Shown here: piece by piece, positions 42,700 through 48,485 of the stretch
Position numbering within the stretch: the first letter of the stretch is position 1
How the letters are laid out: each line of letters opens with the position of its first letter
Source of the DNA: a virus
Taxonomy: Duplodnaviria > Caudoviricetes
Virus record (IMG/VR): IMGVR_UViG_3300032301_000901
Location: 1-48,485 of that record
Reading direction: 5' to 3' (one strand)
Length of the DNA: 48,485 nucleotides
Program-made: the position numbers and the translations under genes
Notes under the pieces: generated by a model
Databases searched by the model: none
What the model was told of the DNA's origin: nothing
What the model saw: the letters and a program-made list of their open reading frames with translations, nothing else

Positions 42700-45600
42700 A
42701 TGTCAACTCCGATCAGGATTAAAAGATCTGCTGTACCTGGAAAAAGGCCAACAGCAGGTCAACTCTTAAGTGCTGAATTAGCATATAATACCTATGATGG
42801 GGAATTAACTGCTAAGAGGGAGCGTCCTGGCATTGGGACTGATATTATCCGTATTGGTGCTGGCGCAACAGTTACAAATATTTTATATGTCACAAAAGAC
42901 GGAAAAGACACAAACACAGGAAGAAAACTTGGAGATGCCAAGGCAACAATCAAAGGAGCAGTTGCACAAGCAACAACAGGAACTGTTATTGAAGTTGCTG
43001 CTGGATCTTACATAGAAGACAATCCAATCATATTACCGGATCAAGTTAGTGTTGTTGGTAATAGTTTAAGAGAAGTTACTGTTATACCTCAAAATGTTAA
43101 TCAAGATTTATTTTTGATTGGTAATGGAAATTATGTTGCCGAAATGTCTTACAGAGGATCACTAAATCCCGGTAAGGCAATTTTTGCATTTGATCCTAAT
43201 AACCAAAGATACATTAACCAGTCACCATACATTCAAAACTGTACTAACTTTATTCCAGATAGTATTGGAATGAGAATTGATGGTAATGATGTGATTGGAC
43301 CATTAAAGTCAATGGTTCTTGATTCTTATACTCAATACAATCAGAATGGCATTGGTATATCCATTACAAATGCTGCATATGCTCAGTTAGTTTCTTTATT
43401 TACTATCTGCCCTGATATTGCGGTTTATACTGCAACCGGTGGTGCCTGTGACTTAACAAACTCCAATGCATCATTCGGTAACTATGGTCTTGTTGCCGAT
43501 GGTGTAAGTCCCGTCAAATATACCGGAATAGTTACTTCTACCTCTGCCATTGGAGATGATACTTTTGTAGTTAATCTAAATACTCCAACTTTAAATATTA
43601 CGAATGCTTCTTATGATAATACTACGGGAATCCTAAAGGCATATACATCAACGGCACATAATTTTACCGTTGGTATGGGCATATCAATTGCCGGTCTCGG
43701 TTTTACCTGTCCTTATGAACCAGGAACCAGACTATATCCAAGTGGGCAAAAGGGATATGTTTTTGATGTTAAAACAGTTGCTCCTGGAAGATTTGTTGAT
43801 GCATCAAATCTAATTAACGCAAATAAAACTGAGATTGTAGATAAGTCTCTTGCGGCAATTGCACTCAATCATCCAGACTTTGTTTTTCCTGGAGATTCTG
43901 CAAATGATGTTTCTTACAGATATAAAGACTCATATCGTTTAATTCAACAAAACAGACAGGAAATCGTAGATAAATCTCTTGCTTCTATTGCACTTGGATA
44001 TCCTGATGGATTTTATTTTCCAACAGAAAGTGAAACAAACGCAAGGTCAAGATATTATGATGCTTCACGTTTGATACAAATCAACAAGCAAGAAATTATT
44101 GATAAGTCTCTTGCTGCTATTGCCGTAGGGTTTTCTGCATTTTATTTTCCTGGCGATGCTCAAACAAATGCCAGGTCAAGATATTATGATGCATATCGTT
44201 TGATTCAAAAAAATAGAACAGAAATTGTAAATACTGCCTGGTCAAATACTGTAGTAATATATCCTTCGATTGCATCTACTGAAATAAAATGTAAGAGAGA
44301 CCTTGGATTCTTTGTTGATGCAGTTTCTGCAGATGTCTTTACCGGTGGAAATAATTATGCAAAACAATTTACACTTCAATATTTTGATAATGTTGGTAAT
44401 CCAATTTCAAATGGTTTAGTTGGTGAAACTGCAGAATCAATTGCTGCTTTTAATTTGGCAAGGAATTTGATGAAGTCTGCCATTACAAATCAACTTACAT
44501 ATAAAGAACTTTCTATTAGTACTGGACCTGCAAGAATTGGTTCTGGAAGTCCATTTGCAGTACCAAACACCAGTACTAGTGCCTGTACTGATGTACAAGA
44601 TAATATTGATACTCTAACAAGTATTGTTACTGTATCAATTGGTGCCGGAAGTACTTTCCAATTACCAGTAACAAATCTTGGTAGTTTTACAACTGGTGGA
44701 ACAAAGTGTGCCAGGGACATTGGATATTTGGTCGATGCACTTGCAACTGATGTATTCACTGGTGGAAATGCTTATGCCAGAGCATTTACTCTGCAGTATT
44801 TTAATAATTCTGGAGTTCCAATCTCTAATGGTTTGGTCGGTGAAGAATCCCAATCAATTGCTGCTTTTGTTGCCGTAAGAGATTATGCTAAAAAGGCAGT
44901 CACAAATCAACTAAATATTAAAAATCTTTTGGTTAGTGCTGGATTATCAACTTATAATGGTACTGGAAGTATAATACCGGTCAATCAATCTGGTAATGTC
45001 AATGCTTGTGCAGACGTTCAAAGCAATATTGATAATCTGGTTGGTATTGTTACTACTGTAATTGGCGCTGGAAATACTTCTTCACTACCAACAACTCCAA
45101 ATCTTGGAATATCGATCACGAATAAGTGCGCCAGAGATATTGGATATTTTGTAGATGCGGTTTCTACTGATCTGTTTACTGGTGGCAATTCTTATGTGAT
45201 TGGATTTACTAAGCAATATTTTAACAGTGTTGGATCTGCCACAACTGCACTTCTTGGTGAAGAGTCGCAATCAATCTATGCATTCAATAGTGTTCGTGAC
45301 TATGCCAAGAAGGCGATTACAAATCAATTAAATGTAAAGGACCTTACAATTACTGCTGATCCATCTACTGGATCTAATATATCTCCAGCATCTTGTGCAA
45401 ATGTTCGCACAACTATCGATACTCTTGTTGGAATTGCCACTCAGTCGATTTCTGTTGGTAATTTGAGTCTTATTAATAGTATAACTCCAAATACTGGAAC
45501 TTTCGTAACTGGTGAGTCTAAGTGTAGAAGAGATATTGGATATATTGTAGACGCAGTTTCTTCTGACGTTAGAAATTATACAAATGAGAAAATTATTACG

Positions 45601-46677
45601 GCAACAAAATCTTACTTTACAGGTGCCGGAACTCCTATTTCCAATGGTTTAGTTGGTGAAACTGCAGAATCAATCACAGCATTTAGGGCAGTTGGTACTT
45701 ATTCTAAACTCGCAATCAATAATATGTTGAATGTGAAGGATTTGACTGTTGCTGCAGATCCTGTAACTGGTTCAAATACTGATCCACTATCTTGTACGAA
45801 TGTGGGAGATAACATTAATACTCTTGTAGGTATTATTACAACATTTGTGGGTCAAGGAAGTTTAACTACACCATTAGTACTTCCACCAGTTTCAAGAACA
45901 AGTACACAATTTACGTTAAATGTTGGAATTGCCACTCAACCACATACTTATGTTCCAAATACCGGAACCGCAAAGGTCAATATAATCAGACCATTTGATG
46001 GGCAATCAGTCTATTTTAATGATTTATATTATACTGTAGGGAAAATTAGAGTTGGATCTGCTGGTACTGGTTATAATTCTGCACCTATTATAACGATTTC
46101 TGATCCAACTGTTGATTGGGGAATCCCTGCATCAGCAGTTGTAGAAATATCAAATGGATCAGTTAGAAATATTGAAATCGTATCAAACGGAAGGGGATAT
46201 ACTTCAATTCCAACTATTACAATTAGTTCCCCTAATGTTGGAATAAATACAGCAACAGCAGTTATTGAATTGCTTCCTAGTTATTATAATGTTTTGAGGT
46301 CAACTCCAGTTTCTGCTGGAATTTGTACGATTACAATCAATGAAAATGTTCCTTATGTGGTTAATGCTGGATCTCAAATTCCATTTTATAAGCAAAGTCG
46401 AATATTAGCATCGGGTCATTCTTTTGAATATATTGGAGCAGGTACTGAAATTAATACTGCTCTTCCAAATTTTGGTGGTGTTCCAATTCAAGACAATGAA
46501 GTTGATATGAGAAACGGTGGACTGGTTGTTTATACAAGTACCGACCAAGGAGGAAACTTTAGAATTGGTGAAGGTGTTGCTATTAATCAACTTACTGGAA
46601 CTATTTCTGGTACATTCTATACTAAGAGTTTATTTTCAACTATGACACCATTTATTCTAGCACTAGGAGGAACCTAA
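42700..46677 (+). CDS. Large virion structural / tail-associated protein with internal repeats
   Basis: Late promoter at 42643-42650; IRIKRSAVPGKRP N-terminus; SPYIQNCT...YAQLVS beta-helix-like region; four KCxRD(I/L)G(Y/F)xVDA repeats; C-terminal TSTDQGGNFRIG. Confidence 0.8.
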   Translation: MSTPIRIKRSAVPGKRPTAGQLLSAELAYNTYDGELTAKRERPGIGTDIIRIGAGATVTNILYVTKDGKDTNTGRKLGDAKATIKGAVAQATTGTVIEVAAGSYIEDNPIILPDQVSVVGNSLREVTVIPQNVNQDLFLIGNGNYVAEMSYRGSLNPGKAIFAFDPNNQRYINQSPYIQNCTNFIPDSIGMRIDGNDVIGPLKSMVLDSYTQYNQNGIGISITNAAYAQLVSLFTICPDIAVYTATGGACDLTNSNASFGNYGLVADGVSPVKYTGIVTSTSAIGDDTFVVNLNTPTLNITNASYDNTTGILKAYTSTAHNFTVGMGISIAGLGFTCPYEPGTRLYPSGQKGYVFDVKTVAPGRFVDASNLINANKTEIVDKSLAAIALNHPDFVFPGDSANDVSYRYKDSYRLIQQNRQEIVDKSLASIALGYPDGFYFPTESETNARSRYYDASRLIQINKQEIIDKSLAAIAVGFSAFYFPGDAQTNARSRYYDAYRLIQKNRTEIVNTAWSNTVVIYPSIASTEIKCKRDLGFFVDAVSADVFTGGNNYAKQFTLQYFDNVGNPISNGLVGETAESIAAFNLARNLMKSAITNQLTYKELSISTGPARIGSGSPFAVPNTSTSACTDVQDNIDTLTSIVTVSIGAGSTFQLPVTNLGSFTTGGTKCARDIGYLVDALATDVFTGGNAYARAFTLQYFNNSGVPISNGLVGEESQSIAAFVAVRDYAKKAVTNQLNIKNLLVSAGLSTYNGTGSIIPVNQSGNVNACADVQSNIDNLVGIVTTVIGAGNTSSLPTTPNLGISITNKCARDIGYFVDAVSTDLFTGGNSYVIGFTKQYFNSVGSATTALLGEESQSIYAFNSVRDYAKKAITNQLNVKDLTITADPSTGSNISPASCANVRTTIDTLVGIATQSISVGNLSLINSITPNTGTFVTGESKCRRDIGYIVDAVSSDVRNYTNEKIITATKSYFTGAGTPISNGLVGETAESITAFRAVGTYSKLAINNMLNVKDLTVAADPVTGSNTDPLSCTNVGDNINTLVGIITTFVGQGSLTTPLVLPPVSRTSTQFTLNVGIATQPHTYVPNTGTAKVNIIRPFDGQSVYFNDLYYTVGKIRVGSAGTGYNSAPIITISDPTVDWGIPASAVVEISNGSVRNIEIVSNGRGYTSIPTITISSPNVGINTATAVIELLPSYYNVLRSTPVSAGICTITINENVPYVVNAGSQIPFYKQSRILASGHSFEYIGAGTEINTALPNFGGVPIQDNEVDMRNGGLVVYTSTDQGGNFRIGEGVAINQLTGTISGTFYTKSLFSTMTPFILALGGT

Positions 46678-46680
46678 AAA

Positions 46681-47022
46681 ATGGCATTACCGTTAAATAT
46701 ATTTAAAACAGTTACAAAGATAGCACCAATAAGTCCAGTTGGAATTTATACTGCACCTGTTGGATATACTGGAGTTGTTTTACTTGCACAAGTCTCAAAT
46801 ATAAGTTCTTCTACTTATAACGTTTCATTATCTCATAGAAGAACTACTGCAGGAATTGTAGTAACAACTGAAATTGTAAAGGATTTTGCAATTCCTGGTA
46901 ATGATGCCGTGAGTTTAATCCAAGGTAAATTAACTTTGGAACCTGGCGATGCTCTTATATTATCATCAAATAATTCAACCAATATTAAATTTATTGGTAG
47001 TATTTTAGAAACACTTAACTAA
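46681..47022 (+). CDS. Small putative virion/tail protein
   Basis: GGAGG RBS; YTAPVGYTGVVLLAQV...KLTLEPGD...SILET. Confidence 0.7.
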   Translation: MALPLNIFKTVTKIAPISPVGIYTAPVGYTGVVLLAQVSNISSSTYNVSLSHRRTTAGIVVTTEIVKDFAIPGNDAVSLIQGKLTLEPGDALILSSNNSTNIKFIGSILETLN

Positions 47023-47033
47023 TAACTCTAAAA

Positions 47034-48485
47034 ATGGCACAATTCCTCAGCGGCAGAAGAACTAATTTTAACGTTGGTATATCTTCAGTTACCGAAAATA
47101 CCACCTCATTGCAGGTTATTGGGAACGTTGGTATTGGTACGACAAATGCTGATGGAAGAAGTTTATATGTCATAGGAAATTCTGAAGTCAGTGGAATATT
47201 AACTGCAAGTAGGATTTATGGTGAGTTTACTGGTGGATCTATTAGTGGTACTAACATAGTAGGAACTGCATTAAGTATTTCTGGTATTTCTACACTATCA
47301 GCATTGGGTGTTACTGGTCTTACAACAACTAAAGATCTTCAGGTCACTGGAATTTCATCATTAAATGCAATTTCTGCCGGAGGAACAACTGGAATTAGTC
47401 AATATGTTTTAACTTCCACCGGAACTGGACTTATTTGGCAATCGCTTACTGCTAGTTCTGGAGTTACTGGAATTAATGTTGCTGAGGATTTTACGAGTGG
47501 ATTAAAATATCTGGCAATGCAGACGGGTGCCGGAACCACACAGACCACTAATATATCTTCAATTCAATTAGTATATGATTCTACTACTAAGAATTTAGGT
47601 ATAGGAACTACAAATCCAACATCAAAACTTACTGTACAGGGTGATGGTAAGTTTACTGGTGTTGTAACGGCAACTACATTTATTGGCAACTTAACCGGGT
47701 ATGCCTCAACTTCTGGTATTGCAACTGTTGCTGGTTATGCATCCACTGCAGGTATAGCAACTAATCTTGCTGGAGGTGCCAAGAATTCTATTCCATATCA
47801 AACAGGAGTTAATAGTACTGGATTTATATCTTATGGAACTCCTGGAGATATTCTAACCACTGATGGTGCTAATGGGATACCATACTGGGCACCATTAAAT
47901 ATTGGAGCAGTGGTTGGTCAGATTACTGTTAGAGACGAAGGTAATGTGGTTGGATCTGCAACCAGTATTACTCAATTAGATTTTAAGGGTCCAAATATTG
48001 TTGCAACAGCAAACGTTGGTGGCAATATTGCAACAATTACTGTTGCCGATTATGTATCTATTTCGGGTTATTCGACCAATGCCGGTATTGCTACCTATGC
48101 ACCCAATGCTGGTATTGCCACCTATGCACCTAATTCTGGCATAGCAACTTATGCACCTAATGCCGGTATAGCAACTTATGCACCTAATTCTGGCATAGCA
48201 ACTTATGCAACTAATGCTGGTATTGCAACTTATGCAACATCAGCAGGAATTGCTACCTATGCACCTAATTCTGGCATAGCAACTTATGCACCTAATGCTG
48301 GTATTGCTACTTATGCACCTAATGCTGGCATAGCAACTTATGCACCTAATGCTGGCATAGCAACTTATGCACCTAATGCTGGCATAGCAACAAATATTAA
48401 GGGTGGTGCTGGTGGATCTATACCTTATCAAACTGCTATCGACACTACAGCACTATTAGCAAACGGTAGTGCCGGTAACCTACTC
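47034..48485 (+). CDS. Tail fibre-like protein, runs off the window end
   Basis: MAQFLSGRR...GNVGIGTTN...GIGTTNPTSKL motifs; frame read by hand appears open to the end, so it is absent from the ORF track. Confidence 0.8.
   Translation, partial: MAQFLSGRRTNFNVGISSVTENTTSLQVIGNVGIGTTNADGRSLYVIGNSEVSGILTASRIYGEFTGGSISGTNIVGTALSISGISTLSALGVTGLTTTKDLQVTGISSLNAISAGGTTGISQYVLTSTGTGLIWQSLTASSGVTGINVAEDFTSGLKYLAMQTGAGTTQTTNISSIQLVYDSTTKNLGIGTTNPTSKLTVQGDGKFTGVVTATTFIGNLTGYASTSGIATVAGYASTAGIATNLAGGAKNSIPYQTGVNSTGFISYGTPGDILTTDGANGIPYWAPLNIGAVVGQITVRDEGNVVGSATSITQLDFKGPNIVATANVGGNIATITVADYVSISGYSTNAGIATYAPNAGIATYAPNSGIATYAPNAGIATYAPNSGIATYATNAGIATYATSAGIATYAPNSGIATYAPNAGIATYAPNAGIATYAPNAGIATYAPNAGIATNIKGGAGGSIPYQTAIDTTALLANGSAGNLL
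48078..48392 (+). repeat. 27-bp tandem repeat x about 11.7, encoding N(A/S)GIATYAP
   Basis: Units AAT-GCT/TCT-GGY-ATW-GCW-ACY-TAT-GCA-CCT, in frame with the tail fibre ORF. Confidence 0.9.

Noticed and set aside
649-46590. Numerous antisense and alternate-frame ORFs in the track (e.g. 649..1065, 10959..11417, 11927..12460, 16828..17280, 24277..24657)
   Set aside because: They overlap well-supported genes or tRNAs and show no recognisable motifs or initiation signals.
48078-48392. CRISPR array
   Set aside because: The repeats are contiguous, in frame, vary mainly at synonymous sites and have no spacers.
42700-48485. Diversity-generating retroelement acting on tail genes
   Set aside because: No reverse transcriptase and no template/variable repeat pair with adenine-specific differences were seen in the window.

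Overview
AT-rich genome segment of a T4-like (myoviral) cyanophage, probably from fresh water. In order it contains: a replication and nucleotide-metabolism block (uvsX, gp41 helicase, mazG, cytidylyltransferase, gp61 primase, nrdA, nrdB); virion and lysis genes (C39 peptidase, GH19 endolysin, tail lysozyme); a tRNA cluster with dps; an 11-gene glycosyl/methyltransferase island; two hli genes and psbA; and tail/structural genes running off the right end. Three genes are interrupted, each in a different way. (1) gp41 is fractured at Walker A into halves carrying an atypically split intein (16-aa IntN, 125-aa IntC), with an antisense HNH endonuclease between them. (2) nrdA has a cis mini-intein at the catalytic NLC cysteine and is also split just downstream by a GIY-YIG endonuclease, leaving a basic tail on one half and an acidic head on the other. 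(3) psbA carries a 254-nt group I intron inside the Met codon before His332. Further signals: a recurring, covarying RNA cassette (outer stem, terminator-like hairpin, late promoter) before three endonuclease genes; a separately promoted tRNA-like ncRNA; a tRNA-Asp with a foreign 3' acceptor strand; and a disrupted GIY-YIG-like gene with an inverted intact homologue inside it. All calls come from reading the sequence; no searches were run.
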